64,000 nucleotides of DNA from assembly GCF_006345805.1 (NCBI RefSeq), contig NC_043004.1, positions 97,030,001-97,094,000 on the forward strand, written 5' to 3'. The DNA is from Octopus sinensis. Its lineage: Eukaryota. Positions 13,091 through 26,214 of this stretch are shown here, piece by piece (position 1 is the stretch's first letter; each line of letters begins with the position of its first letter). Position numbers and translations under genes: made by a program. Below the pieces are notes generated by a model, which saw nothing but the letters and a program-made list of their open reading frames with translations, made no database searches and had not been told where the DNA came from.

Positions 13091-14086
13091 CTTTATTTAA
13101 ATTATATACTGCTCCATAACTTAGAGTGTGCTTATTTTTCAGATTTATGCTTTGCCGACAACATATATATATATATATTTGTATATATATATATATATTT
13201 GTATATACATAAAATATGTGTTATATAAAATCACATGTATTGTTAAATGTATAAATATATGTTGTATATATGTAAGCATATAAGTGTGTATATATGTGTA
13301 TATATGTGTGTGTCTGTGTTTGCATATACACACCTACATGTATACATCCTGTCACTAATTCACGCACGCATATTTTATATATAAATGTGTACATACATGA
13401 AAATATGCTTATATGCGTGGATGGTATGTTGGAGCAGTGAGAACCTAAGTGAATTTGGTCAACCAGACTTGAGAAATAGAACTCCTTACTTCGTACATAT
13501 TACACTCAGATACCTACATGCATAAATGTATTCAGTATGTAAGAATCTATGTATCGATGTAAGTGTACGTCAATATGCGTGGTGGATGACTTTGAACAGA
13601 TGTTGATGAAGTAGCTGTTAAAAGATTACTTGATAACAGATTATAGATTCAACGAAATATCTTTAGTTTAGGTGGGCGAAGAAATTCAGTTCAGTAATTT
13701 GTTTTGATATTTTGTCACTGACTTCAACACTTTATCATTGCAATCATTGACAGGTATGCATGCTTTAATAATATTTTCGTCTTTCTCACCTTTTCTCTCC
13801 TATTTATAAATGTAAGGTACTGTGATAGAGATATAAATCTTATATCGTATAAAATACTTCTGAAGATACTAGCACATTATAATGTTCAGCTCAGTAAACT
13901 CACTGTATGCTTGGTCTACCAGTGCAATGATATAACCACGAGCATATTTAGTACATTTGTCATTTGCTCTGTAGTCATTTCAACAACTACAGTGGTAAAT
14001 ACATTTTATCTGGACATCTAATGTAGTTCTACCTTCTTTCGGTATATGCTACATTTTCTATACTATTTAATACTACAATATAACTA

Positions 14087-14280
14087 AGGTGGCGAGCTGC
14101 CCACCGGGCAAAATGCTTAGCCGCATTTTGTCTGTTTTTACATTCCGAGTTGAAATTCTGTCGAGGTCGACTTTACCTTTCAAGATCGATAAAATAAGTA
14201 CCAGTGCTCAACTTGGGTTGATTTAATCGACTTACCCTCTCCCCTTAAGCTGCTGGCTTTGTGTCAAAATTTTTAAGCCA
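14087..14280 (+). mobile_element. SINE family C (Nin/Deu-domain), degenerate
   Basis: GGCGAGCTG head, GAGGTCGACTTTACCTTT...GATCGATAAAATAAGTACCAG central domain. Confidence 0.8.
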
Positions 14281-14884
14281 ATATTATAATATAATTAAGA
14301 AAACTCTAAACAGGCGTTTGACCAGCTAGAAATAGCCACCAAATCTATTTCAAATACTTTATGGGTTTTAACCAAGAAGGTAAGGTCTGCCTGATATGTG
14401 TTGGCTGATATGAGTTGGCCTAGGATAAACAAAAAATGACACCAACAACAACTTTTTCAGTCTTTCTTGTCTCAAAGGCTTTGCAAAAGCCAAGCGACCA
14501 AACCCTTCTTCCAGACTTAATATAAAACAAGTTGCATATTTTGTAAAACAACGTTAAAAAGGAATTCACAGCTAAATTGTTGATTCTTGTTAATATCAAT
14601 AACAAAATCTCACAATGAAATCGGATTACAATGCACATGAGGAAAATGATATTTATGGTATTTAGAAATCTTACAACGATATTAGCATTTATATAATATC
14701 TATCAAAGCTTACAAGAGAATTGCTTAAAATACTTCTAGTTCACAGTATAATTGGGGGTTATCAAAAATATTGCTAATTAAACTTTATTCAATTATCATT
14801 GGGTATTTGTAGGAAGAAGTGATAAAAGATTTCTGGAGATTTGCGACGGAATAAGTAATTTCATTATTGATATTAATATTTGTG

Positions 14885-15095
14885 TATGCAAAGGTGTTGA
14901 ACTAACAGAATCGTCAGTACACCAGGAAAAATGCAATGTCGTTTTTCGTCCGTCCTTACGTTCAGAGTTCAAATTCCGCCAGGGTCGACTTTGCCTTTCA
15001 TACATTCTGGGTTGATAAAATAAGTACCAGTTGAACACTGGGGTCGATGTAATCTACTTATCTCCTCCGCTTGGCCTTGTGCCAAAATTTGAAAC
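14885..15095 (+). mobile_element. SINE family C (Nin/Deu-domain)
   Basis: GTTCAAATTCC B-box-like motif, GTCGACTTTGCCTTTCAT...GATAAAATAAGTACCAG. Confidence 0.85.
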
Positions 15096-15226
15096 TAATA
15101 TTTGTGTAAGTATTTGTGAGTTTGTGAGTGAGTACATGTGGGTGTAGGTATGAGCATGTATGCATGTATATATGTACGTTTGTATTCATACATTTCAGTG
15201 TGTTTACAGATATGTATACACTTAGA

Positions 15227-15616
15227 TGATGGATGATGGAAGCACTCCGTCGGTTACGACGATGAGGGTTCCGGTTGATCCGAATCAACGGAACAGCCTG
15301 ATCGTGAAATTAACGTGTAAGTGGCTGAGCACTCCACAGACACGTGCACCCTTAACGTAGTTCTCGGGGATATTGAGCGTGACACAGAGAGTGACAAGGC
15401 CGGCCCCTTGAAATACAGGTACAACAGAAACAGGAAGTAAGAGTGAGAGAAAGTTGTGGTGAAAGAGTACAGCAGGGATTACCACCATCCCCTGCCGGAG
15501 CCTCGTGGAGCTTTTAGGTATTTTCGCTCAATAAACACTCACAACGCCCGGAATCGAAACCGCGATCCTATGACCGCGAGTCTACTGCCCTAACCACTGG
15601 GCCATTGCGCCTCCAC
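15227..15616 (-). mobile_element. SINE family A (H1+T1)
   Basis: Full length; TSD TATACACTTAGA at 15215-15226 and 15617-15628. Confidence 0.95.
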
Positions 15617-15619
15617 TAT

Positions 15620-15870
15620 ACACTTAGAACCAACTTAGAAGATAGTTAACTGTCGTCATTGGTTTTAAACGCTTCCGATATATTTGAGCTGATTCTACCC
15701 TTCACTCCTTCAAATTCAGTGTTAACTGCCGGTCTACTCCGTTTGTATATATTTTCTCTTTCACCATCTTCAGTAATACATTGTGATTACACTCCAGTTG
15801 TGCAGTAAGCTCACGGATTGTTAGTCGTCTGCCCGTGCGAATCAGTTTGACCCCTTGTCCAGCGATTCGT
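15620..15870 (-). pseudogene. Degenerate mariner transposase fragment (HTH region)
   Basis: Manual translation gives LIRTGRRLTIRELTAQL...RQLTLNLKE*RVESA, similar to the mariner RRxTxREL...WVPRxLT region. Confidence 0.5.
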
Positions 15871-16439
15871 GCAAGATGCCTGCAATGAAAAAGAACAGAC
15901 AGAAAAAGCTACCGCAGAGGAAAAGTTACTCTACAAATATATGTTGTTTTAACAACTTATTTTAGTTAATGAATAAATGATTCCCACTTTTGCATTATTT
16001 TTGGTACAACCAATTTGTGTGTGTGTGTGTGTGTAGGGGGGGGTGTATGTGTTATATGTCAAGGAAATAATTTCAAATGATTTATTGTGTTGTTCAGTGA
16101 ATGGAAAAGATATATGAATTATATTTTTCGGAATTCTTGTTATTGCTGTTATTGTTCTGTAACACCCTATTTAGTAGACGTGTAATTAAAGGCATTTCAA
16201 CCAGGACCATCCTGACTTTTCCTAAATAACGGATAATGTTGATACATTTCCAACTACATTATTCAACAAACCTTTTATTATTTTTCTATTCAAAAAATAG
16301 TAGAATATGAATCTGGAGTGATTTGGTTGCTATTTCTAGAAGGTCAATCATCCACGTTGAGATTTTCCTCGTTGGCTCATTGTCATAAGGGAATTATTGT
16401 CGTATCTTGGAAGGAAAATGTTAATCACATGTGAATATG

Positions 16440-16817
16440 GGATGGAAGCACTCCGTCGGTTACGACGATGAGGGTTCCGGTTGATCCGAATCAACGGAAC
16501 AGCCTGCTCGTGAAATTAACGTGTAAGTGGCTGAGCACTCCACAGACATGTGTACCCTTAACGTAGTTCTCGGGGATATTCAACGTGACACAGAGAGTGA
16601 CAAGGCCGGCCCCTTGAAATACAGGTACAACAGAAACAGGAAGTAAGAGTGAGAGAAAGAGTACAGCAGGGATCACCACCATCCCTGCCGAAACCTCGTG
16701 GAGCTTTTTTAGGTGTTTTCGCTCAATAAACACTCACAACGCCCGGTCTGGGAATCGAAACCGCGATCCTATGACCGCGAGTCCGCTGCCCTAACCACTG
16801 GGCCATTGCGCCTCCAC
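16440..16817 (-). mobile_element. SINE family A (H1+T1)
   Basis: Near-identical to the 15227-15616 copy. Confidence 0.95.
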
Positions 16818-17035
16818 ACTTGTGAATAAGGAAGTATATGATAGTATTGTCGGTGGACATTATATGGTCAGAGACATGCCTGTGTGGTTAACAGATTCAC
16901 TTCGAAAACACTTGCTGCATGTTTAATTCCATCGCTGTTTGGCTTTGTTCCTACTATATGTTTGTAAGAGTGCATCTTTTGCATATATCAGCAAGAGTTA
17001 TACACATAGATAATGCATAATATATTAATAGAAGT

Positions 17036-17352
17036 GCGGAGGCGCAATGGCCCAGTGGTTAGGGCAGCGGACTCGCGGTCGTAGGATCGTGGTTTCTATT
17101 CTCAGACCGGGCGCTATGAGTGTTTATTGAGCGAAAACACCTAAAGCTCCACGAGGCTCCGGCAGGGGGTAGTGACGGTCCCTGCTGTACTCTTTCGCCA
17201 CAACTTTCTCTCACTCTTTCTTCTGTTGGCCCGCTCGCTTAGCCAGCGGGGTGACGTCATCTGAAGGCTAAAAACAATGCGAAGCGCATTGTGACCAGCG
17301 ATGTGTAGCAACATCTGATAGCCTGGTCGGTCACGGTGAATCGGTGATGGTG
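17036..17352 (+). mobile_element. SINE with family A head and a different tail (H1+T2)
   Basis: Head and body match family A to ~17225, then an unrelated tail ending GGTCGGTCACGGTGA. TSD ATATTAATAGAAGT at 17022-17035 and 17353-17366. Confidence 0.9.
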
Positions 17353-17583
17353 ATATTAATAGAAGTATATAAACACTGTCAAGAGAAATAAAAGCAAAAA
17401 GAACAGTGCTTTATAAATGAATCCCTTGCGATATTTGTTCCACATTGAAGTACAAACACTTCTAAATCACCATAGAAATACAGTGAACCAATGATTAGCT
17501 TATAGGAACTTATATCTACTGACGTTATCATTCTTTAATTGTGATATGTAAGAAGAAATATTGTGTTACAATGTAGTTAAATA

Positions 17584-17968
17584 GTGGAAACACTCCGTCG
17601 GTTACGACAACGAGGGTTCCGGTTGATCCGATCAACGGAACAGCCTGCTCGTGAAATTAACGTGTAAGTGGCTGAGCACTCCACAGACACGTGCACCCTT
17701 AACGTAGTTCTCGAGGATATTCAGCGTGACACAGAGAGTGACAAGGCCGGCCCTTTGAAATACAGGTACAACAGAAACAGAAAGTAAGAGTGAGAGAAAG
17801 TTGTGGTGAAAGAGTACAACAGGGATCACCACCATCCCCTGCCGGAGCCTCGTGGAGCTTTAGGTGTTTTCGCTCAATAAACACTCACAACGCCCGGTCT
17901 GGGAATCGAAACCGCGATCCTACGACCGCGAGTCCGCTGCCCTAACCACTGGGCCATTGCGCCTCCAC
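17584..17968 (-). mobile_element. SINE family A (H1+T1)
   Basis: TSD TGTAGTTAAATA at 17572-17583 and 17969-17980. Confidence 0.95.
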
Positions 17969-19157
17969 TGTAGTTAAATAAGCATTCATATAGCAGTGGT
18001 TTTGGAAGTGAGTTGGCAGAATTGTTAAAGTGTTGGATAGAAGTTTCATGGTATTTGTTCTGAATTCTCTGCACATTGAGTTCAAATCCTGCCAGTGGTT
18101 CTTTCGGGGGTTAATATAAAAGAAAAGAAAAAGGAAAAAATAAACAGCAAAGAAATATCAATCCAGGATGATGGATTGGTGAAATTATTAGAAATTTGAA
18201 TGGGGTTGCCTTTGTGTATCTGTTACACTGGCTCTGTGCACTCTGAGTTCAAATCCCAGCACTTCATAAAAGAAAACAGTGACACAGGTGTCAGGAGCTG
18301 CAACTAACGAACAGTATCTGCCATTTTGAGAAAAAAATTATTGGAAACATATTTTGATTCGCCCAGAAGATTGATAGCTACCACGATGACAACGACGACC
18401 ACAAATGGTTCCACTACCACCACGGCTGCAACCACCATGGCCAGCAGCACCATAGACATCACCACCGACGCCGCTGTCGTCACCACCGCAACCAACAATG
18501 TTGACGCCACGTAGCATGTGGAAAATACAAAATCCAGTTTAGTCGATGCCAGAAGTCATATGTAAAATTTAATACTTTTGGTGGTAATGTTAACATACTT
18601 GGAATCTCTTTGCGTAGCAAAACAGTTATTTTAATGACACAGTTTTAAATGCAGAGAGTGAGAGAGAGAGAGAGAGAGAGGGAGAGAGAGGGAGGAGGGG
18701 AGAAAAAGGGGAGATGGGAGAGAGGGAGAGGGAGTGTTCTTGTATCTAAAATACAGATACCATTTATGACTTATCCCATGATTTAACTCCGTCACCTTCG
18801 CATACTCACATGGACAACATTTTTTTTCCGGTCATTTGATAAAGTATGACGAATCCAAACGGTTGGATTATACATCGAATACTAATGATTATAGGAGATC
18901 ATAGCTTGCTGTTGTTGTGCATATTTTTATTCCTTCCATTTCTTGCTAGAAGCGACGGCTGACAGTCTAGTCATGCCACTGGTTCACAGTAACACAATCG
19001 CATATACTACTACTACAACTACTACTACCACTACCACCACCACCACCACCACCACCACCACCACCACCACCACTACTCCTCCTTCTCCTACTACTACTAC
19101 TATCATTGACACTACTAATACAACTAAAGTCACCAACTGTCATCAGTATTGCTAGAA

Positions 19158-21382
19158 TCCTTTCTACTGGAAGCTCAAGGCTTCAAATTTGGGGGTAGGG
19201 GTTAAGTTGATTACATTGATCCCAGTGTGTAGCTGGTACTTATTTAATTGACCCCGAAAGGACGAAAGGCAAAGTCGACCCCTGGTGGAATTTGAACTCA
19301 GAACGTAGCGCAAACGAAATACCGATTAGCATTTCGTCTGGTGTGCTAATGTTTCTTATTTCTTTACTGCCCACAAGGGTCTACACACAGAGGAGACAAA
19401 CAAGGACAGACAAACGAATTAAGTCGATTATATCGACCCCAGTGCGTAACTGGTACTTAATTTATCGACCTCGAAAGGATGAAAGGCAAAGTCGACCTCG
19501 GCGGAATTTGAACTCAGAACCTAACGACAGACGAAATACGGCTACGCATTTCGCCCGGCATGCTAACGTTTCTGCCAGCTCGCCGCCTTAACAGTATTGA
19601 TTGTATCACTACTAATGCCCCATCAGCATCTCTGCTGTTTTTACTTCCATACTTATTACCAACGAGAGTATCTGTCATAATCATTCCGACCACTACAAGC
19701 ACCTCTATTTTCACTACAACCTCTACTACCACCGCTATCACTACTAACTCTAATATTTATTTCTTTACTACCCACAAGGGTCTAAACACAGAGAGGACAA
19801 GGACAGACAAACGGATTAAGTTGATTATATCGACCCCAGTGCGTAACTGGTACTTATTTAATCGACCCCGAAAGGATGAAAGGCAAAGTCGACCTCGGCG
19901 GAATTTGAATTCAGAACGTAACGGCAGACGAAATACGGCTACGCATTTCGCCCGGCGTGCTAACGTTTCTGCCAGCTCGCTGCCTACTCTAATATACTAA
20001 CTCTAATATTGCCACTAAAACACCATTACAGTCATTAATTCCATTACCACGACGACGACCACGACCATCACCACCAGAATCGTTTACATCGCTATCAGCG
20101 CTCCACTGGTACTTATGTTATCGACTCTGAAAGGATGAAAAGCAAAGTCGAACTCGACGGAATTTGAACTTAGAATGTGAAGACGGACGAAATGTCGCTC
20201 GCTGAGCATTTTGTCCGGCATACTAACAATTCTTCCAGTTCGCTGCCTTCCTATTACTCCTAATAATCAAGGAGCGGGGCTAGTTGATTAAATCTACCCC
20301 AGTACTCAATTGGTACTTATTTTATCGACCCCGAAAGGATGAAAGGCAAAGTCGAGCTCCGTGGCATTTGAACCCCGAACGTAAAGACGGACGAAATGTC
20401 GCTAAGCATTTTGCCTGGCGTACTAACGATTCTGCAAGCTCGTTGCCTTTATTACCTATTTCTTTATTACCCACAAGGGGCTAAACACAGAGCGGACAAA
20501 CAAGGACAGACATAGGTATTAAGTCGATTACATCGACCCAAGTGCGTAACTGGTACTTAATTTATCGACCCCGAAAGGATGAAAGGCAAAGTGGAGCTCC
20601 GTGGCATTTGAACCCCGAACGTAAAGACGGACGAAATGTCGCTAAGCATTTTGCCTGGCGTACTAACGATTCTGCAAGCTTGCTGCCTTTATTACCACCA
20701 CAACATGACTACCATCACTACTACTTGCTACACTACTGTCACCACCACCACCTCCACCACCACAACCACAACCACCACCACCATCACTACCAACACTGAT
20801 ACCTGCCCCGCAACCACTACGACCACCACAGCCACCACAACTACCGTAACTACTGCCACCACAAGCTCGTGTGATTGATGATGACTTTGAAACTGTTATA
20901 AGTGAACTCTTTCTTTTGCATCGTTCCAAAACTGCACTATTATCTTGATAGATTGGCCAATTTTCAAACCGGTGTTTATCCTCCCATCTCACTAACCTTT
21001 ATATCATACACATTTCTTATACTGCTCTGCTCCGCTCCTCTCCTTGCAATATCTTTATTCTACCAATCCTTCTTTATTCTGCTGTCAGCCAGCTGCTGTT
21101 CAGGCCGCATAGTCAATAGAAAGAAGAAAAAAAACATGTAAAGGTTTAGCAATATGTCTTTTAAAAGCAGCACTAAATAAATAGGTTTCTTACACAGGCA
21201 TAAGGAACAAGAAAATCTTGTGTGGAGAATGAGCTAGTAGATTAAACTGATCCCAGTATTTCACTGATGTCTTTATTTTTAACGACACTACCATGATAAG
21301 GATGAAAGTTAACCTCGGCGAGATTTCAACACAGGACGTAAAAATCTGGAATGTAATAATAATAATGATGATAATAATAATA

Positions 21383-21449
<67 letters not shown>

Positions 21450-21692
21450 TAATAATAATAATTCTTTCTACTATAGGGCACAAGGCCTGAAATTTGCGCG
21501 GGGTATAGACTAATCGATTGCATCGACCCCAGTACTCAATTGGTACTTATTTTATCGACCCCGGAAGGATGAAAGGCAAAATCGACCTCGGCCGAATTTA
21601 AAGTCGGAGAGTAGCGACTGGCGAAATACCGCTAAGCATTTCGTCCACCGTCCTAACGATTTTGCCAGCCTGTCACCTTAATAATAATAATC

Positions 21693-21744
<52 letters not shown>

Positions 21745-21950
21745 TCCTTTCTACTATAGGCACCAGGCCTGAAATTTGGGAGAGGGGATAATCGATTACA
21801 TCGATTCCAATACTCAACTGGTACTTATTTTATCGACCCCAAGAGAATGGAAGGCAAAGTCGACCTCAGCGTAATTTGAACTCAGAACGTAGCAACGGAC
21901 GAAATGCTGCTAAGCGTTTCATCCAGAGTCCTAACGATTCTGCCAGCTCA
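19158..21950 (-). mobile_element. Cluster of about eight co-oriented family C (Nin/Deu) SINE copies separated by (ACT/ACC)n and (TAA)n tracts
   Basis: Copies at ~19158-19355, 19356-19588, 19758-19986, 20104-20250, 20270-20450, 20457-20690, 21465-21678 and 21745-21950 all contain the TATCGACCCCGAAAGGATGAAAGGCAAAGTCGAC-type domain. Confidence 0.9.
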
Positions 21951-21954
21951 CAGT

Positions 21955-22195
21955 GAGCATTGGATTCAATACCACCCACCCTGAAGAAACATCTGGAAAC
22001 TTTAGAAATACCCTACAATCTAGGTGTATTGCAAAAAATCGGCTTTACTTGGTTGAAATTGCATGCATATTGCGTTAAGTACTGTCTGTCTGAGGTCCTT
22101 GTTGTGACTTGACAAACAGTGCAAACCCCGGTAGACACAATATCGTCAATCAACAACTTCACGGTATTGGATACTGTGCGAAGCCTTAAATAATA
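21955..22195 (+). mobile_element. 5'-truncated RLE-type non-LTR retrotransposon 3' end (R4/Dong-like)
   Basis: Translation across frameshifts gives GSIPPTLKKHLETLEIPYNLGVLQK-SALLG...ILR-VLSV*, resembling the conserved C-terminus of R4-clade ORFs. Confidence 0.55.
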
Positions 22196-22265
22196 GCAGT
22201 TTTTCATTAGTCACAAGACCTCGAAAGACTTATAGAGAATTTCTAGATACATACACAAACACACA

Positions 22266-22678
22266 GGCGCAGGAGTGGCTGTGTGGTAAGTAGCTTGCTA
22301 ACCAACCACATGGTTCCGGGTTCCGTCCTACTACGTGGCATCTTGGGCAAGTGTCTTCTGCTATAGCCCCGGGCCGACCAATGCCTTGTGACTGGATTTG
22401 GTAGACGGGAACTGAAAGAAGCCTGTCGTATATATGTATATTTATATATGTATGTGTGTTTGTGTGTCTGTGTTTGTCTCCCTAGCATTGCTTGACAACC
22501 GATGCTGGTGTGTCTATGTCTCCGTTACCTAGCGGTTCGGCAAAAGAGACCGATAGAATAAGTACTGGGCTTACAAAAAAAAAAAGAATAAGTCCCGGGG
22601 TCGATTTGCTCGATTAAAGGCGGTGCTCCAGCATGGCCGCAGTCAAATGACTGAAACAAGTAAAAGAGTAAAAGAGTA
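22266..22678 (+). mobile_element. SINE family B (tRNA head, CORE-like CTTGGGCAAG domain, internal microsatellite, CR1-like tail)
   Basis: Full length, ends in (AAAAGAGT) repeats; homologous copies elsewhere in the window. Confidence 0.9.
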
Positions 22679-22999
22679 TATAAACTTACTTATACACACC
22701 ACACACACACACGCACGCACAAACACACAAATTGAAATATAGATATTTTCAACGTATTTATCTATGTAGTGTGTTATGTGTAAATATTTTTGTGTGTTTA
22801 AATTCTGCTATATAGATTTCAGGTAGACAAAGTTTGTTACTCTGAGCACAACATAGACTCAATTTGTGAGACGTATATTCCTAAGATGAAAGCATATTGG
22901 AAATATATTATGATACTTGGTATGAGTTCAAAAGACTGAAATACACAAACATATGTAAGTATCTGCATGTAAGTATCTGCATGCATGTATGTATGTATG

Positions 23000-23030
<31 letters not shown>

Positions 23031-23072
23031 GTATGTATGTATGTATGTATGCATGCATGTATGTGTACATGT

Positions 23073-23264
23073 AAGGGGAAAGTTTACGAAAATAAACAAA
23101 AGATGAAGGCAGGTGGAGTACAAACAAACAATTGTATTAGTATAGCGCTCAGGAATAGAACAAGTCTTTTACGTTTCGAGCCTACGCTCTCCGACAGAAA
23201 GATACACAAAAAAAAAACAAGGAGAGAAAAAAATGCGTGTAGGAGCTAACGATCTATCATGGCG
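23073..23264 (-). repeat. Hammerhead-like repeat, copy b (motif 23165-23202)
   Basis: TCTTT-CTGTCGG-A-GAGC-GTAG-GCTC-GAAA-CG-T-A-AAAGA. Confidence 0.85.
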
Positions 23265-24014
23265 TCCTATTTCATATTGTATTGTGACTGTTTCCTTTGC
23301 GAATTTATAGAAAGCTTTGGAATTTTTTTGCTTATGTTTTCCACAGCTCGGTTCTCTTTTTTCTGTTCTTTCCCTTTCCTAAGACCCCCGTTGATAGGCT
23401 GCTGGTATTTATAGTGTTAATCACTTTCGGTATGCAAATTAGGGACTCCTTCATAGAGTAACTGCTGCATTGTTGAGTATATAGGTATAACAAAAACATG
23501 ACAGTGGAGACATACAAGGAAACCGAACGAAAACAAACATGGAAGGTCGTTAGACCAGAACGAGAGGAAAATAGTGAACGGTGTAAGAAGCATTTTTTGA
23601 AAAGAGTGAAGATAGAAGAGAAAGAAAATAACATGTCTGCTCTTTTGAATGTACGTGTAGGAAAAGAAAGATAAACGATGGTCATGTGTGAGCAGCGAAA
23701 CAGAGAGAAAGAGGGGATACATATATATATGCATGCCTGTGTGTGTAGTTATCTATCTATATACATACACACGCACGCACAAGCACTCACAAATGCACGA
23801 CCAAACACGTATATTTATATATGCTTACAATATTAAAAAAAATCTCAAATGCAGGAGAAGAGCTGTGAAAACTGTTTTAAAAAATACCTCCTATAGATGG
23901 GGAAAAAAATGGTCAGCAGCCGCCGCTATCGTTATGGTGTTTTGAAGCTTTTATTTTAATACGAACACCTAGCTTAATTTCAAAATTTTTCTGTTGTTTA
24001 ATCTACACGCATGT

Positions 24015-24092
24015 CAATTGTATTAGTATAGCGCTCAGGAATAGAACAAGTCTTTTACGTTTCGAGCCTACGCTCTCCGACAGAATGATACA
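24015..24092 (-). repeat. Hammerhead-like repeat, copy c (partial; motif 24051-24086)
   Basis: About 70 bp identical to copy b; probably a local duplication. Confidence 0.85.
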
Positions 24093-24668
24093 GTTCGCAT
24101 TTCCCTTTGATCTTTTGTTTCCTGTATCTGTTTTTTAGGTGTTTGACTCGGAACCCTATCCTACAAAACGGGATATTTAACCATGATATTTTTTATTTCA
24201 ATGTGATTTCATAAAATCTACTTTAAATAACCCATTCAATAAATCAGATGTAAGAAAAGAATCTATGCCATTACTGAACTGAAAACCCACTCAATGTAGC
24301 GACTTAATCTTGCTGAACAAGAACTTTGTTTCAGAACCAACTCGACTCTGTAGAAGCTTCTTTTTAGTCGCTAAACTTCTTCAATGTAGCTACAAAATAT
24401 CTCCTAACAAACGGCTTAACCACGCAAGGAAATTTTATTTATTGATATTTTTACAGTTTATTTAAAGTTAAAAGTAAACTTGATGTAAAATAATTTATGT
24501 TTGTATATATATTAAAGTTAATGTTTTGTTCATATATAAAAATTATCGACGTGTTACAAACGTTTCGTTTCATTGCAATAATGTACAAATAGAACATATC
24601 TACACTTTCTTTTATCCAACACGATATTTTACGACAACGATTGTAAACAGTTCGCTTGTATAATATCC

Positions 24669-25047
24669 ATGTGGAGGCGCAATGGCCCAGTGGTTAGGGC
24701 AGCGGACTCGCGGTCATAGGATCGCGGTTTCGATTCCCAGACCGGGCGTTCTGAGTGTTTATTGAGCGAAAACACCTACAAGCTCCACGATGCTCCGGCA
24801 GGGGATGGTGGTGATCCCTGTTGTACTCTTTCGCCACAACTTTCTCTCACTCTTACTTTCTGTTTCTGTTGTACCTGTATTTCAAGGCGCCGGCCTTGTC
24901 ACTCTCTGTGTCACGCTGAATATCCCCGAGAACTACGTTAAGGGTGCACGTGTCTGTGGAGTGCTCACGTTAATTTCACGAGCAGGCTGTTCCGTTGATT
25001 CGGATCAACCGGAACCCTCATCGTCGTAACCGACGGAGTGCTTCCAC
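24669..25047 (+). mobile_element. SINE family A (H1+T1)
   Basis: Full length with a small internal deletion; imperfect TSD ATAA(T/G)ATCC. Confidence 0.95.
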
Positions 25048-25482
25048 ATAAGATCCGCATGGACAGAAAGGAAAGAGTAGCTCGAAAAACGTTTCAATTC
25101 TTGTGGGAGTCGACCTCTGCATCTGTGTACTACCCTTAACTGTCCACAAGCACATAGCTTATAAACCCGCTAATATTAGAGGTTGAGGTAAACTAGACAG
25201 ATCTATTTTCATATTTAACGCTTTTGTTTTTGGTTGCGAGATGGAACATTAAATTATTTGTGTCAACAGTGTTTCGTTTCATTGCCATATGTCTATCGAT
25301 TTGATGGCCAACACTGTGTTACGACAACTGTAAACAATTCTATAGTACAGTAAGTGCAAAATCGTACGAACAGCTCTATCTTCATTTTCTGCCCACGCTC
25401 ACGGATATTGTCCAGACAAATTGATTACAACTTTCATAATGTAGAGTGTTAGATAAAAAAAAAATCACAAATATTTCTGTGC

Positions 25483-25532
<50 letters not shown>

Positions 25533-26214
25533 GTTGTTAGATACAAAAACATATATGCTATTGATATTATAAAAATGAAACGAAACACTTTTCACACACC
25601 AGTATTGTAATTACTGACTGGTAGATCTTTAAATATCAGTTACTGATGACGATTCTAACACGACTCGAAAGCCATATACATTATAGATCAACGTGTGCGC
25701 AACAAAATCAGTAAACAAATTGGACTTAGAAGAATTCCTGGAAAAAGTAAATTTTGTGACTGAAGATTAAACATCGGAGTTTGTTCCAAAATAGACAAGT
25801 TTGAACGTTTAGACTAAAATCATAAGAAAAATTTATGTGCGTTGGAGCAAATAATTCTAGAACAATTCAAGAATTATATTGGCATCATTTCAATTGTAAT
25901 TTTCAATGACTTATTTTGTCAAAGAAATAGTCTTGATTTTCTGTTTGATTTGTTTCGTAAAAATAAGGATTAGTCCACGGCGAATCCTATGTAGTCTGGT
26001 TTATATACCAATTGACCATCAGGCAACACAAGTTTCTGCTAACGGTGGTAATTCTCCTACTGTTTTCCAAAACAAACAGAATACAAACGATGTTCTCATA
26101 TTATAACGTGAATTTTTCTGACATTTGGGTTTTGCAACGGGTAAAAATTTTGTGCAGAAAATGTTCCAAGATTTTGTTTGTTACCTCATCATCTTCGTCG
26201 TAGTTATCAAATTT

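Noticed and set aside
24671-24745. tRNA-like sequence at SINE heads (also 17036, 22266 and others)
   Set aside because: A and B boxes are present but no complete cloverleaf forms, and each continues into a SINE body, several with TSDs; these are not tRNA genes.
25268-25589. 16-bp inverted repeats AGTGTTTCGTTTCATT bracketing 322 bp (possible MITE)
   Set aside because: No TSD, and a similar motif also occurs at ~24555, so the termini are undefined.
25643-25680. CTGATGA-C-GATTC-TAACAC-GACTC-GAAA hammerhead-like string
   Set aside because: Helix II has a mismatch, and no U-H cleavage site or helix I/III pairing fits type I or type III topology.
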